A stretch of 64,000 bases of DNA. Source: Candidatus Sulfotelmatobacter sp. (GTDB lineage: Bacteria; Acidobacteriota; Terriglobia; Terriglobales; Acidobacteriaceae). Of this stretch, positions 37,491-47,771 are shown one piece after another (position 1 is the first letter of the stretch; each line of letters begins with the position of its first letter). Position numbers and translations under genes: made by a program. Under the pieces are notes generated by a model. It ran no database searches, had not been told where the DNA came from, and saw only the letters and a list, made by a program, of their open reading frames with translations. The stretch is from positions 2,028 to 66,027 of the forward strand of contig DATFQQ010000217.1 of assembly GCA_035264195.1 (NCBI GenBank), in the 5' to 3' direction.

Positions 37491-40400
37491 ATGACCTACC
37501 GTTTCGAAAAGACCTTTACCGTTACCGTCTGTCTGGAGATGGCTCTCGTTGCATTTCTGACTATGGTAGCGCCAAAGCTTTATGCGCAGCACGGCTCCGA
37601 GGGAACCGTCGCGGTTACGGTCTTGGACGCGAGTGGAAGCGTCGTTCCCGGCGCAGAGCTGGAATTGCAAGACCTAACCACGAACGACATCCGCAAGGCC
37701 GAAACCCAGGAAAATGGCACCTACGCGTTTGTCAACCTCGATCTGGGGAAGTACAAGCTTACGGTGAGTAAGACAGGCTTCAAGAGCAAGATATTCTCCG
37801 ACGTTTTAGTGCAAGCCGCAAAAACGACCGACATTAAGGCTCCACTTACGATTGGAGCAGTAGCCGAAACAGTGGAAGTCACGGCCGGTTCGGCACCTCT
37901 GGTTGAAACCACCACGAACGCTATAAGCACGACTGTGGATTTGAAGCAGATCGAGCAGTTGCCGATCCAAGGTCGAGATTTGACGCAACTGGCGAATATA
38001 GTCCCGGGATACACGGGAACTTGGGATGGCCTGCCATCCATTGCGCAAGGCAACAACATAGACGGCGTGATCGGGAGTACAAGCCGTATGAAGTTCGGTG
38101 GAAATGCAGAACCCAACGTGATGCCGCGTTTGGAAAACATCCAGGAGATGACGGTACAGACCGAGCAGTTGAATTTGGACCAGGGCTTTGGTCAGTCCAA
38201 CATGCAGATTAACTTCGTCACCCGCCGCGGCGGAAACGCGTTTCACGGCCGCGTATACGAAGACTTCCGCAACGCGGCGCTGAACGCAAACAGCTGGCTC
38301 AACGACAACGCAGGCTTAAGCAAGAACCCACTCATCCTCAACGAATTTGGCGGAAGCGTGGGCGGACCGATCATCAAGGACAAATTGTTCTTCTTTGGTA
38401 CTTTCGCCATGGGCAAACAACCCGGCTCGATTAATGCGCACAACTACGTCTTCACTCAGGCAGCGCAGAGCGGATTGTTTTCGTACAGTGGTGGCACACT
38501 AAATCTTTTTGCCTTGGCGGCCGCCTGTAATGCAGATCCTATTAACTGCTCCAAAGGGCAGACCTTGCCCACCGCGGTGTTGTCGGATGGAAGCGGCAAC
38601 ACTGCCCCGAACGGCTCAAATTCCCCCGCTGAGGTGTTAGCCTCAATCAACGCCTCGGTCAAATACGGAGCCCTCACACCCAATGCCAACGGTGACGCGA
38701 ACATTCAGCAACTGAACTGGCTGGTAAATGCGCCGATCACCCACTACTGGCCGACCGTTCGCGTGGACTACGATGCGACTGCAAAGTTGCGATTCAATTT
38801 CGCCTGGAATATGACGAAAGACAACTTCGTCAACCAGAACACTCCGGATTTCCCCGGGCCAGCTTGGGCCAAGACAGGAGCCGGAAACAGGGACAAGAAT
38901 TACACCGCCGCGTTCGGGTTTGATTGGACTCTTTCTCCGACAATGGTCAACGAATTTCGCGGCGGCTTTCTCTATAACTCGAACGTTGGAGCTTACAACG
39001 CTCCGCCGTTGCAGCAGAACCAGCCTCAGCTTGGATGGAATTACACCTCCGTGGGGTATCCCTATGGTGCTGAGCAGTCAGGCACTGTCTTCTACACCGG
39101 GATCAACACATACTATCCAGTGTTCAATGCGTCAGACACGGTGACGTGGCAGCACCGCGCCCACACTATGAACTTCGGCTTCTCCTGGTGGCGCGAGCAG
39201 GATCACTACTACAATCCGGTGCTGGGATATCCAGTCGTCAACTTCGGGTTGGCAGGTGGCGATCCCGCTCAAAATGCCTTTCCACTTTCCGCATTTGGCG
39301 GGGACTCTGGGGCCCAAGCTGCCGCTCAGCAGCTTTATGCCATCTTGACCGGGCGGATCCAGGGCGTGAATGGGAGTTACTCGTTTAGCCCTTCGCAAAA
39401 TCAATATGTGCCGGCAATTGGCCGCTATAACCTCAACGAGTTGGAGAAGGCCTGGGGAGTATTTTTTCAGGATTCCTTCCGCGTCCGGCCAAACCTGACG
39501 GTCAATTATGGGCTGCGCTGGGACTTCACAAGCGCTGATAAGGATCTGAGCAAGCTGTATCACTCCGCCAGCGCGTCGTCGGTCTGGGGTCCTTCAGGCG
39601 TCAACAACCTGTTCAATCCTGGTTCGCTGAAGGGTAACATGGATCCGCAAATCGCCCAGATCAGCCAAGCGTACAACGACTGGAACGTGTCTCCGCAGCC
39701 GGCACTGGGAATTGCATGGAACCCTAAGTTCGAGAGTGGCTTTCTGAGTAAGCTGACGGGAGTTGACAAGACGGTCATTCGTGCGGGCTACTCCCTACGC
39801 AAGTTTACTGAGCCGCAGCAATATGTATGGAATCAGGCATCCGATTTCGCGTCGTTCTACTATCAAAGCTTTTTCCTGAACGCCAATACCGCCGCAGGGG
39901 CGGGAAGTTTCGCTCCGGGAAGCCTGACCATCGCCAACTTTGACTCCAGTCTGACGGGAGCCGCGGCAGTGAATGCTTTTGGTACTCCGTATGGACTTTC
40001 ACCCAAGAGTTTCCTTAAGACTGAATCAGCGTCAGACTTTACGTTCTTGGGAGGGCCGGGGCTGAATGGAATCCCATACAACATTCAGCAGCCCTATACC
40101 CAGTCATGGAACCTGGGCATTCAGCGAGCGCTGGGCGATACCCGAGCCCTGGAGATTCGGTACGTTGGGAGTCGCACCTTGCGGCAGTGGATTCAGACTG
40201 ATCCCAATGAGGTCAACATCTTCGAAAATGGATTTCTGACGCAGTTCAAACAGGCGCAGGCGAATCTCAACGCCAACAACGCGAGTGGGAACCCAAGTTA
40301 CGCGGGGAACTTTGCCAACCATGGCCTGCCGGGCCAGGGTGCACTTCCCATCTTTGCCGCCGCTTTCGTGGGAGGAAGCGAGTTCGCGCCGGCGTGCGCC

Positions 40401-41528
40401 GATGGAAGTGCCGCCGACTATTGCAATGGCCAATTCATCAGTCAATTGCAGAACGGCGCTGCTGGCGGGATGGCGGAGACGTTAGCAAATATTCAAGGCG
40501 CGGCCCCGTATTTCTGCAATCTGGTGGGATCGTCTTTCGCTCCCTGTGCCAACAACATCGGCTTTACCGGAGCGGGAGCTGGATACCCGATCAATTTCTT
40601 CCAGGCGAACCCGTACGCAGCTCAGACGGGCTTCACCAATGCAGTAAGCACCACGCTCTCGCAAGCCGAGGGATATTCGAATTACAACGCGCTCCAGGTG
40701 GATTTTCGTCAGCGCTCATGGCACGGGCTTCAGTTCGATGCCAACTACACGTGGAGCCATACCCTCGGCATCGCCAGTCAAAACAATTGGGTGGCGTCGT
40801 CAAATATCTTTACCTTGCGGAATATGCACTTGACTTACGGTCCTGCGCTCTTCGATCTACGCCATGTGGTCAACATCAATGGCACTTATGACCTGCCCTT
40901 TGGCAAAGGAAAAATGTTTGCCAATCGCGGTGGTGTCGTAAATCAGATCGTTGGCGGTTGGACGGTAGGGACGATCTTTACATTCCAGAGTGGAACGCCA
41001 TTTCTTCTGGGGTCCAATGTGCAATACAACCCCAATCTCACGTTTAACGATTACGGAGACGCCGGCGTTGTCCTGAACGGTGTCAGTCGCTCCCAACTGC
41101 AAAGCGCAGTAGGCAAATATTCCATTGCCGGAACCCCCTCTGTAGCATTCATCAATCCGAAGTACCTGTCTCCGGGCGGTGGGGCAAATTCCACGTACAT
41201 CACGCAGAACACGACTCCGGGCACCATTGGCCAAAGAGTCTGGCTCTACGGACCGCACGCCACCTATGACGACATATCCATCTCCAAGAACTTCCCAATT
41301 ACCGAAAGAGTACGTTTCCTCTTTCAGACGGAGTTGCTAAACGCCTTCAACCATCCGGTGTTTGGACCTGGGGCAGGCAATGGCGGGACGTACGGGAATT
41401 TTCAGAATGGGTTCAGCTCAAATGTGAACTCCAGTGGCTTTGGAATTGGGACTGGACCTCTCAATCCCAATTTCTTGCCAACAGGTGGTGCTCGCCTGAT
41501 CGAACTCCGGGGCAACATCGAGTTCTGA
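37491..41528 (+). CDS. TonB-dependent outer-membrane receptor with carboxypeptidase-regulatory-like domain (1345 aa)
   Basis: ORF 37440..41528. The ATG at 37491 is preceded by AAGGAGG. Signal ...MVAPKLYAQ. CarboxypepD_reg-like domain (VAVTVLDASGSVVPGAELELQDLTTN...NGTYAFVNLDLGKYKLTVSKTGF). C-terminal ...ELRGNIEF. Confidence 0.9.
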   Translation: MTYRFEKTFTVTVCLEMALVAFLTMVAPKLYAQHGSEGTVAVTVLDASGSVVPGAELELQDLTTNDIRKAETQENGTYAFVNLDLGKYKLTVSKTGFKSKIFSDVLVQAAKTTDIKAPLTIGAVAETVEVTAGSAPLVETTTNAISTTVDLKQIEQLPIQGRDLTQLANIVPGYTGTWDGLPSIAQGNNIDGVIGSTSRMKFGGNAEPNVMPRLENIQEMTVQTEQLNLDQGFGQSNMQINFVTRRGGNAFHGRVYEDFRNAALNANSWLNDNAGLSKNPLILNEFGGSVGGPIIKDKLFFFGTFAMGKQPGSINAHNYVFTQAAQSGLFSYSGGTLNLFALAAACNADPINCSKGQTLPTAVLSDGSGNTAPNGSNSPAEVLASINASVKYGALTPNANGDANIQQLNWLVNAPITHYWPTVRVDYDATAKLRFNFAWNMTKDNFVNQNTPDFPGPAWAKTGAGNRDKNYTAAFGFDWTLSPTMVNEFRGGFLYNSNVGAYNAPPLQQNQPQLGWNYTSVGYPYGAEQSGTVFYTGINTYYPVFNASDTVTWQHRAHTMNFGFSWWREQDHYYNPVLGYPVVNFGLAGGDPAQNAFPLSAFGGDSGAQAAAQQLYAILTGRIQGVNGSYSFSPSQNQYVPAIGRYNLNELEKAWGVFFQDSFRVRPNLTVNYGLRWDFTSADKDLSKLYHSASASSVWGPSGVNNLFNPGSLKGNMDPQIAQISQAYNDWNVSPQPALGIAWNPKFESGFLSKLTGVDKTVIRAGYSLRKFTEPQQYVWNQASDFASFYYQSFFLNANTAAGAGSFAPGSLTIANFDSSLTGAAAVNAFGTPYGLSPKSFLKTESASDFTFLGGPGLNGIPYNIQQPYTQSWNLGIQRALGDTRALEIRYVGSRTLRQWIQTDPNEVNIFENGFLTQFKQAQANLNANNASGNPSYAGNFANHGLPGQGALPIFAAAFVGGSEFAPACADGSAADYCNGQFISQLQNGAAGGMAETLANIQGAAPYFCNLVGSSFAPCANNIGFTGAGAGYPINFFQANPYAAQTGFTNAVSTTLSQAEGYSNYNALQVDFRQRSWHGLQFDANYTWSHTLGIASQNNWVASSNIFTLRNMHLTYGPALFDLRHVVNINGTYDLPFGKGKMFANRGGVVNQIVGGWTVGTIFTFQSGTPFLLGSNVQYNPNLTFNDYGDAGVVLNGVSRSQLQSAVGKYSIAGTPSVAFINPKYLSPGGGANSTYITQNTTPGTIGQRVWLYGPHATYDDISISKNFPITERVRFLFQTELLNAFNHPVFGPGAGNGGTYGNFQNGFSSNVNSSGFGIGTGPLNPNFLPTGGARLIELRGNIEF

Positions 41529-41856
41529 CACGTCAGTGAATCAACTCACTTCGCAGATGCATTCCTGGGACCAGCGCATGATGCTTGGAATCGGGAATGC
41601 ATTCTTTTTCTTGTTTCCGACTGAGAAGTGCTGCTCAAGCATCCAGGCGCAGGGTCGGATGGCCCAGTGTGCACCACTTCTGGCAGTCATCTTGAGGCAC
41701 TTGTCGCTTTTGTCGAGTGTAGGACCTGTAAATTAACCCTAAACTAGCCGTTTCTTTCATGCCAAACGTTAAATACCTTTCTCGATCGCAAAGCAAAGGG
41801 ACACGAAAGAAAAAGCGGAATCACGAGGCAGGACCACAGCAGCTTTCAACCGCTCC

Positions 41857-44166
41857 ATGAACTCCAGCATCCGCTTCCTGATCGCCGCTTGCGTTCTTGC
41901 GCTGCTCGCGTCGCCTCGTTTACCCGCCCAAGGCACGCTCCAGGACTATCAGCGAGCGCAGCAATTTCTTCCTGGCAATCTTCGCCATATCGTCCACCTT
42001 GCGGAGGTCAATCCTCGCTGGATCGAGAAATCCAGCCGCTTCTGGTATCGCAAGTCTGCGCCCAGCGGTTCTGAATTCATTCTCGTGGACGCCGAGCATA
42101 ACACCAGTGGTCCGGCGTTCGATCACTCTCGTTTGGCAGATGCCCTCTCCCATGCCGCTAAGCAGGAATACCCGCCATCGGATTTGCCCTTCCGGGAGTT
42201 CGACTTCGTGGATGACGGCAAGGGAATTCGGTTTTCGATCGACGGTGCCGAGTGGACTTGTTCCATCGTCAACTATGACTGCAAGAAAAATTCCTCTGAA
42301 TCCAAACGCCCGAATGAAGAACTCTCCCCAAACAAGCGGTGGGCTGCTTTTGTAAGAGACCACAACTTGTTCTTGAGGGATACTTCTACCGGCACCGAGT
42401 TGCAGCTTACGCAGGACGGAGTTGCGGGATGGGACTACGCCACTCCTCTGCCATCGTTGCGCCTGATGGTGGATCAGGGCACAGAAGATGTTAAGCAGCC
42501 CGCCGCGGTCTTCTGGGCGCCTGACTCTTCAAAGCTGGTCACGTATCGGATCGATTCCCGAAACTCGGGACGCTTCACCAGTCTGCAATTCGTTCCTCCA
42601 AATCAGTTGCGGCCCAAAGCATTCACTTACGTTTACCCTCTTCCAGGTGAGGTGTTGGCTAAGGCCGAGCCGATCATATTTGACATTCAATCTGGCCGTC
42701 GGATCGATGTGAAAGACGCCTCGATCGAATTGCCATTTCAAGATGGCCCAGGCTTCGAGTGGTTTCCTGACAGCAAGAGCTTTTACTACGACTACGACGA
42801 GCGCGGCTACAAGGCCAAAGAACTCCGCATTGTGGATGCTTCAACCGGTGAACAAAAACTTGTGATTCGCGAGCAGGCGGATACCTACGTGGATCCCGGC
42901 GAGACGTTCTATCGATTTGTGAAGGGAACAGGTGAGGTTCTGTGGGGTTCAGAGCGAGATGGTTGGGATCACCTCTACCTTTACGGCAAAACCGGGCAAC
43001 TCGAAAACCAGCTCACGCAGGGCGACTGGGTGGTCCGGCAGATTGAGCATGTAGACGAAGCAAATCGACGTGTGTATTTCTCTGCCAGTGGGCGCGAAAA
43101 GGGCGAGGATCCTTATCAAGCGCATCTTTACAGAGTTGGGTTTGATGGTAAGGGGCTGCAGTTGCTCACGGCCGAGAATGCGAACCACTCCATCGACTTC
43201 TCGCCCGACGGTTCGTACTTCATCGATGGATATTCTCGTCCTGATTTGCCCGACAAAATCGTCCTTCGCCGCGCCAAGGACGGTTCAGAGGTTCGCATGC
43301 TGGAAGAGTCAGATCCCAGCCCGTTAACCAAAATGGGATGGAAAGCGCCCGAACCTTTCCGGGGAAAAGCCTCCGATGGTACGACCGATTTATACGGGCT
43401 CGTCTGGCGTCCGTCGAACCTCGATACGTCGAAAAAATATCCGATCGTCGAGTTTGTCTATACAGGGCCACAATCGTTCTTTGTCCCAAAGACGTTTAGC
43501 ACTTTCTGGCTGCAGTCGATGTCCGAGCTGGGATTTGTCGTCGTGATGGTTGACGGCCGGGGCACAGCTGGGCGCTCACGAGCTTTTCACCAGTTCTCCT
43601 ATAGAAATCTGGGAGGCGCATTCGAAGATCACGTTGCCATGATCAAGCAGATGGCGGCCAAGTATCCATACATGGATATTGAACGCGTGGGAATCTTCGG
43701 AACCTCGGCGGGCGGTTATGGCGCAGCACATGCCATGCTCGCGTTCCCAGACTTCTACAAAGTCGGTGTCACTACTTCAGGGGATCACGACGCGCGTCTC
43801 GATAAGGCTTGGTGGAACGAACTGTACCAGGGATATCCGGTGCAAGATGACTACGTGCAGCAGTCCAATGTCACGATGGCCAGTCGTTTGAAAGGACATC
43901 TGCTCATCGAGCACGGCGATATCGACGATAACGTTCATCCGGTCGAGACAATGCGGTTGGTTGATGCTCTGATGAAGGCCAATAAAGATTTCGACATGCT
44001 GTTTGTGCCCAATATGTTTCACGGAGAGAGTGGGGAACACGCTCCTTACCTAGTCCGTCGGCGGTGGGATTACTTCGTAAAGTATTTGCTTGGCGTTACA
44101 CCGCCGGCCAACTTCGAAGTCAAAGAAGACCGGGAAGGGCGTAATCCTCGAAGGCGTCGTCGTTAG
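41857..44166 (+). CDS. S9 family serine peptidase, dipeptidyl-peptidase IV type (prolyl-specific)
   Basis: Sec signal MNSSIRFLIAACVLALLASPRLPAQG. DPP-IV-like N-terminal propeller. C-terminal alpha/beta hydrolase domain with nucleophile elbow GIFGTSAGGYG, then GDHD and EHGDIDDNVH. Confidence 0.9.
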   Translation: MNSSIRFLIAACVLALLASPRLPAQGTLQDYQRAQQFLPGNLRHIVHLAEVNPRWIEKSSRFWYRKSAPSGSEFILVDAEHNTSGPAFDHSRLADALSHAAKQEYPPSDLPFREFDFVDDGKGIRFSIDGAEWTCSIVNYDCKKNSSESKRPNEELSPNKRWAAFVRDHNLFLRDTSTGTELQLTQDGVAGWDYATPLPSLRLMVDQGTEDVKQPAAVFWAPDSSKLVTYRIDSRNSGRFTSLQFVPPNQLRPKAFTYVYPLPGEVLAKAEPIIFDIQSGRRIDVKDASIELPFQDGPGFEWFPDSKSFYYDYDERGYKAKELRIVDASTGEQKLVIREQADTYVDPGETFYRFVKGTGEVLWGSERDGWDHLYLYGKTGQLENQLTQGDWVVRQIEHVDEANRRVYFSASGREKGEDPYQAHLYRVGFDGKGLQLLTAENANHSIDFSPDGSYFIDGYSRPDLPDKIVLRRAKDGSEVRMLEESDPSPLTKMGWKAPEPFRGKASDGTTDLYGLVWRPSNLDTSKKYPIVEFVYTGPQSFFVPKTFSTFWLQSMSELGFVVVMVDGRGTAGRSRAFHQFSYRNLGGAFEDHVAMIKQMAAKYPYMDIERVGIFGTSAGGYGAAHAMLAFPDFYKVGVTTSGDHDARLDKAWWNELYQGYPVQDDYVQQSNVTMASRLKGHLLIEHGDIDDNVHPVETMRLVDALMKANKDFDMLFVPNMFHGESGEHAPYLVRRRWDYFVKYLLGVTPPANFEVKEDREGRNPRRRRR

Positions 44167-44206
44167 TTGTTGTCTGTGGTGGCCTGAAACTTAGAGAGAG
44201 TCTCGG

Positions 44207-46558
44207 ATGGACCGAAGAACATTTCTGCACGGCATGGCGGTTAGCGCCGCTGGTCTGGAGCTGCTGGACCATCAGTTAGTTTCCACAGCCGAGGCCCGAC
44301 CGCATCCATCCCCGAGTGGAGTCCCAACTCCCGTTGTCTCGGTCGACGGTTACACGGTCATTTCCGAATTCAAAGCCAAGGACATCCATTGGAAAGTCTA
44401 TGAGGATCTGCGCACCCGCGATGGAGCGATGGTCTTCTTGTCTTCGGCCGGGAGCACCGTATCTTTGCCGAAGAGCGCCGAAGCCTCTTTTGCGGAAGGA
44501 ACACCCTATTTGGGCCTCGCACTGAAAGACATCGGAGTATCATCCGCTGACCTGCTGGCTGACCGACTCCTCACGAACGGCGATCCCGATCCGGAAGCGG
44601 TTAGGACAGCCGCGCCGCCGATGGCCTCGGCGGAGAAGAATCCACGAAGCTGGACGACTTTCGTGGGAACGAAAGAAGCCTACGACGTCACTCCTGTTTA
44701 CCGCGGCGGCGGCACGCGCACCTATCATCCCGGTCAGTACTCCGCAGGATTCCGCGAAGCGATCAAATCAGGACAGATTTACGACGGGCTCGTTGGCGGA
44801 TGGATGCCCGCGGTCCGCAAAGTAATTACTGGCTCTGGAAACGGTTATTGGGAGGTCATCCTCTTCGGTGATGTACGCCCGAACAAGAACAAGTACATTG
44901 TGCACACGTGGCATCGAACCGCGCGTATCGAGAATGGGCAGATCGCTGAAGTTATTTACGGAAACAGTTATCCCGCGTATCCTCCTGCGCGCCGGGATCC
45001 CAAGCCCGAGGAGTTTTATCGCGCATTGTTAGAATTCGCTGACTACTGGCAAGGCCGTGTTGACGATTTCGCTCCCACTTCGTTGCCTGACAAAGATTGG
45101 ATCGACCTTTCGAAACACTCTTTTGCCAAAGAGTTGATGACGCGTCCTGCCGGCCTTTATCCGAAGTACGGCGCGGTCGATCGGGATTATGCCGGATCAG
45201 AGTACGACGCCTTCCAGGACATATTCACCAGCGCTATCTATACCAATATGGAGTGGGGCAGGTTGGAGACAGCGCGCCTGTTCATCGATAACTATTTTTC
45301 GGAATATGTCGACGACAAGGGAATGATCGACATGCGGGGCCCGGAGACTGCGCAGTTTGGTCTAACGCTGTCTCTTCTGGCACGTTATTTCAACTACACG
45401 CGTGACAGCCAATTACTCCTCAAGTACAAAAGCAAAATCGAAGCAACGGCGAGAATGCTGGCCGAGATGCACAACGAGAGTCTTCGATTGCCTGAGCAGA
45501 ATCCAGGCTACGGTCTGATCCGCGGGTGGAGCGAATCCGACTCGTGCTTGCATGAAGATCCGTCATTGTATTGGCAGGCTTATTACGCGAACAGCGCATT
45601 TGCCGCGCGCGGATTCAAAGACATTGCGAAGACTTGGACGCAGTTAGCTCATTCAACTTCAACACCGGCCATGCAATCTCTGGCCGATCAATGGGTCAGC
45701 CGCAGCAAGAGGTTGCAGGATCAGACGGTCAAGAGTGTCACCAGGTACATACAAAGGGATAAAACGCCTCCGTATATAGGAATCTTCCCGGGAACCACCC
45801 TTACATTCCGTGAGTCTCTCGAGAAAGAGCGGCCGAGTCCGCAGCAGTGGCCGCATCGGCCGTACGCGGAACTGCTCCAGGCGGACATCTTGCCGCGTGA
45901 TGTCGCAAACCTCGTCATCGACTGCATGCGAGCATACGGAGCCACTACACTCGGGGTCGTCGCAAACGTCTGGCGTTTCACTCCTGAGGGACGCGAGATT
46001 CTGGGCTTCATCTCATATGGATATGCACAAGCGCTCCTGCGCCTCGACCGCATTGAAGAGTTCTTGTTATTTCTATACGCTCATCGCTATCACGCTCATA
46101 CGCGCGGGAGTTGGACAGCAGGTGAGGTGACCGGTATCACCGGCGATTCGGGAACCTACTGCGTTCCGGCTCAGCAGACGATTCCGCTGCTAGTTCGCTG
46201 GATGTTGGTGTTGGAAGACTCTGACCAAGACATTTTGTATCTTGCAAAGGGGTTGCCGCGAGATTGGGTTGGTTCTGGAAAGCCTATCCAGGTTCAGAAC
46301 GTCCCTACACGCTGGGGAAGAGTTAGTTTTGATCTGCTCACCAAGAATGACAACAAATCTGTCGTTGCGAACGTAGACCTGACCGGAGCCACCTTGCCAA
46401 GCGAATTGCATTTCAAGGTTCGACTCCCATCCCGAATGGCGCTTCAACATGTAACCGTAAACGGCAAATCCGCAGCCTTGGCAGGTCTTCATCGCGATAC
46501 AGTGGTGATTGCAACAGAGAACAAGAAACAGTTTGAAATTATCGGACAGATGGCGTGA
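44207..46558 (+). CDS. Tat-exported protein of unknown function (783 aa), candidate novel glycan-active enzyme
   Basis: Twin-arginine signal MDRRTFLHGMAVSAAGL. Long clean ORF. The C-terminal two thirds are rich in helical-repeat-like sequence. I recognise no family motif. Confidence 0.8.
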   Translation: MDRRTFLHGMAVSAAGLELLDHQLVSTAEARPHPSPSGVPTPVVSVDGYTVISEFKAKDIHWKVYEDLRTRDGAMVFLSSAGSTVSLPKSAEASFAEGTPYLGLALKDIGVSSADLLADRLLTNGDPDPEAVRTAAPPMASAEKNPRSWTTFVGTKEAYDVTPVYRGGGTRTYHPGQYSAGFREAIKSGQIYDGLVGGWMPAVRKVITGSGNGYWEVILFGDVRPNKNKYIVHTWHRTARIENGQIAEVIYGNSYPAYPPARRDPKPEEFYRALLEFADYWQGRVDDFAPTSLPDKDWIDLSKHSFAKELMTRPAGLYPKYGAVDRDYAGSEYDAFQDIFTSAIYTNMEWGRLETARLFIDNYFSEYVDDKGMIDMRGPETAQFGLTLSLLARYFNYTRDSQLLLKYKSKIEATARMLAEMHNESLRLPEQNPGYGLIRGWSESDSCLHEDPSLYWQAYYANSAFAARGFKDIAKTWTQLAHSTSTPAMQSLADQWVSRSKRLQDQTVKSVTRYIQRDKTPPYIGIFPGTTLTFRESLEKERPSPQQWPHRPYAELLQADILPRDVANLVIDCMRAYGATTLGVVANVWRFTPEGREILGFISYGYAQALLRLDRIEEFLLFLYAHRYHAHTRGSWTAGEVTGITGDSGTYCVPAQQTIPLLVRWMLVLEDSDQDILYLAKGLPRDWVGSGKPIQVQNVPTRWGRVSFDLLTKNDNKSVVANVDLTGATLPSELHFKVRLPSRMALQHVTVNGKSAALAGLHRDTVVIATENKKQFEIIGQMA

Positions 46559-46601
46559 ATTAGGGCTGTATTGTGTACATGTAAAGAAGGGGTGGTCGAC
46601 G

Positions 46602-47741
46602 ATGAAATCCAGATTCTTGATCGTCTTTTTATTGACAATAGCATGCAGCGCGATGGCTGCCGATTCCACGTTAGCCGCGACTCCGCCAATGGGCTGGAAC
46701 AGCTGGAACCACTTTGCCTGCAAAGTGGCGGCCGACGATGTTCGCGCAGCCGCCGATGCTATCGCCAGTAACGGGATGAAGGACGCCGGCTATGTTTACG
46801 TCAATATCGACGACTGCTGGCAGGGAGATCGCGACGTGCAGGGCAGGATTCGACCCAACGCAAGGTTTCCCGACATGAAAGGCTTGGTGGACTACATTCA
46901 CAGCAAAGGATTGAAAGCTGGTATTTACTCTTCGCCGGGACCGAAAACGTGCGCCAAATACGAAGGCAGCTATCAGCACGAAGAGCTAGACGCGCAGCAA
47001 TACGCCGAGTGGGGATTCGACTACCTTAAATACGACTGGTGCAGCGCAGAGAGGGTCTATCAGCACAGTGACATGATCGCGGTGTACAAGAAAATGCATG
47101 ACGCGCTCGTCCGTACTGGACGGCCGATCGTTTTCAGTTTGTGTCAGTACGGCTATGAACGAGTGTGGCGCTGGGGGGCATCAGTCGGGGGCAACTTATG
47201 GCGCACGACAGAAGACATCAACGATCACTACGACCGGATGTCGGTCATTGGATTCGACCAGAATGGGTTAGAGTCATTCGCTGGAGCGGGACACTGGAAT
47301 GACCCCGACATGCTTGAAGTGGGAAACGGCGGGATGAATCACGACGAATATATTACCCACATGAGTCTTTGGGTCTTGCTCGCTGCGCCGCTGTTGGCAG
47401 GGAATGATCTGTCAAAAATGAGCCAGGAGACATTGGACATCCTCACCAATAAGGAGGTGGTTGCGGTCGATCAGGATTTGAAAGGGCAGCAAGGACGCCG
47501 CGTCGCACAAGAAGGTCCGCTGGAGGTGTGGGCGAAACCTCTCGCTGACGGCTCGGTTGCGGTTGGCCTGTTCAATCGTGGCGAATCAGTGAATCCAATT
47601 ACGGTCAATTTGAAAGATATCGGATTTCGGAAGCAAGTCCAGGTTCGTGACCTGTGGCAGCACAAGAGCTTGGGATCTTTTGAGGGAAGTTTTACGGCGC
47701 AAGTTCCGCGTCACGGTGCCGTTCTCGTGAAGGTGCAGTAG
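46602..47741 (+). CDS. GH27 alpha-galactosidase, secreted
   Basis: ORF 46509..47741, trimmed to the ATG at 46602 (signal MKSRFLIVFLLTIACSAMA). GH27 motifs are present: PPMGWNSWNHF, VNIDDCWQ, YLKYDWC (nucleophile Asp), WNDPDMLEVGN. Confidence 0.9.
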   Translation: MKSRFLIVFLLTIACSAMAADSTLAATPPMGWNSWNHFACKVAADDVRAAADAIASNGMKDAGYVYVNIDDCWQGDRDVQGRIRPNARFPDMKGLVDYIHSKGLKAGIYSSPGPKTCAKYEGSYQHEELDAQQYAEWGFDYLKYDWCSAERVYQHSDMIAVYKKMHDALVRTGRPIVFSLCQYGYERVWRWGASVGGNLWRTTEDINDHYDRMSVIGFDQNGLESFAGAGHWNDPDMLEVGNGGMNHDEYITHMSLWVLLAAPLLAGNDLSKMSQETLDILTNKEVVAVDQDLKGQQGRRVAQEGPLEVWAKPLADGSVAVGLFNRGESVNPITVNLKDIGFRKQVQVRDLWQHKSLGSFEGSFTAQVPRHGAVLVKVQ

Positions 47742-47771
47742 GGAAGTGAGATTCGGGGCGAGACTAGATAT

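Noticed and set aside
41536-41736. 66-aa ORF in the 328-bp gap after TBDR 2, and the 10-bp palindrome GAATGCATTC (41594-41603) followed by a T-run.
   Set aside because: The ORF has no RBS and odd composition. The palindrome would form only a 3-bp stem around a 4-nt loop, which is too weak to call a terminator.
41761-41774. Operator-like GCCAAACGTTAAAT about 90 nt upstream of the S9 peptidase gene.
   Set aside because: Only the AAACGTT core matches. The outer G/C positions conserved in the nine good sites are missing. It is left as a weak candidate needing a PWM score.
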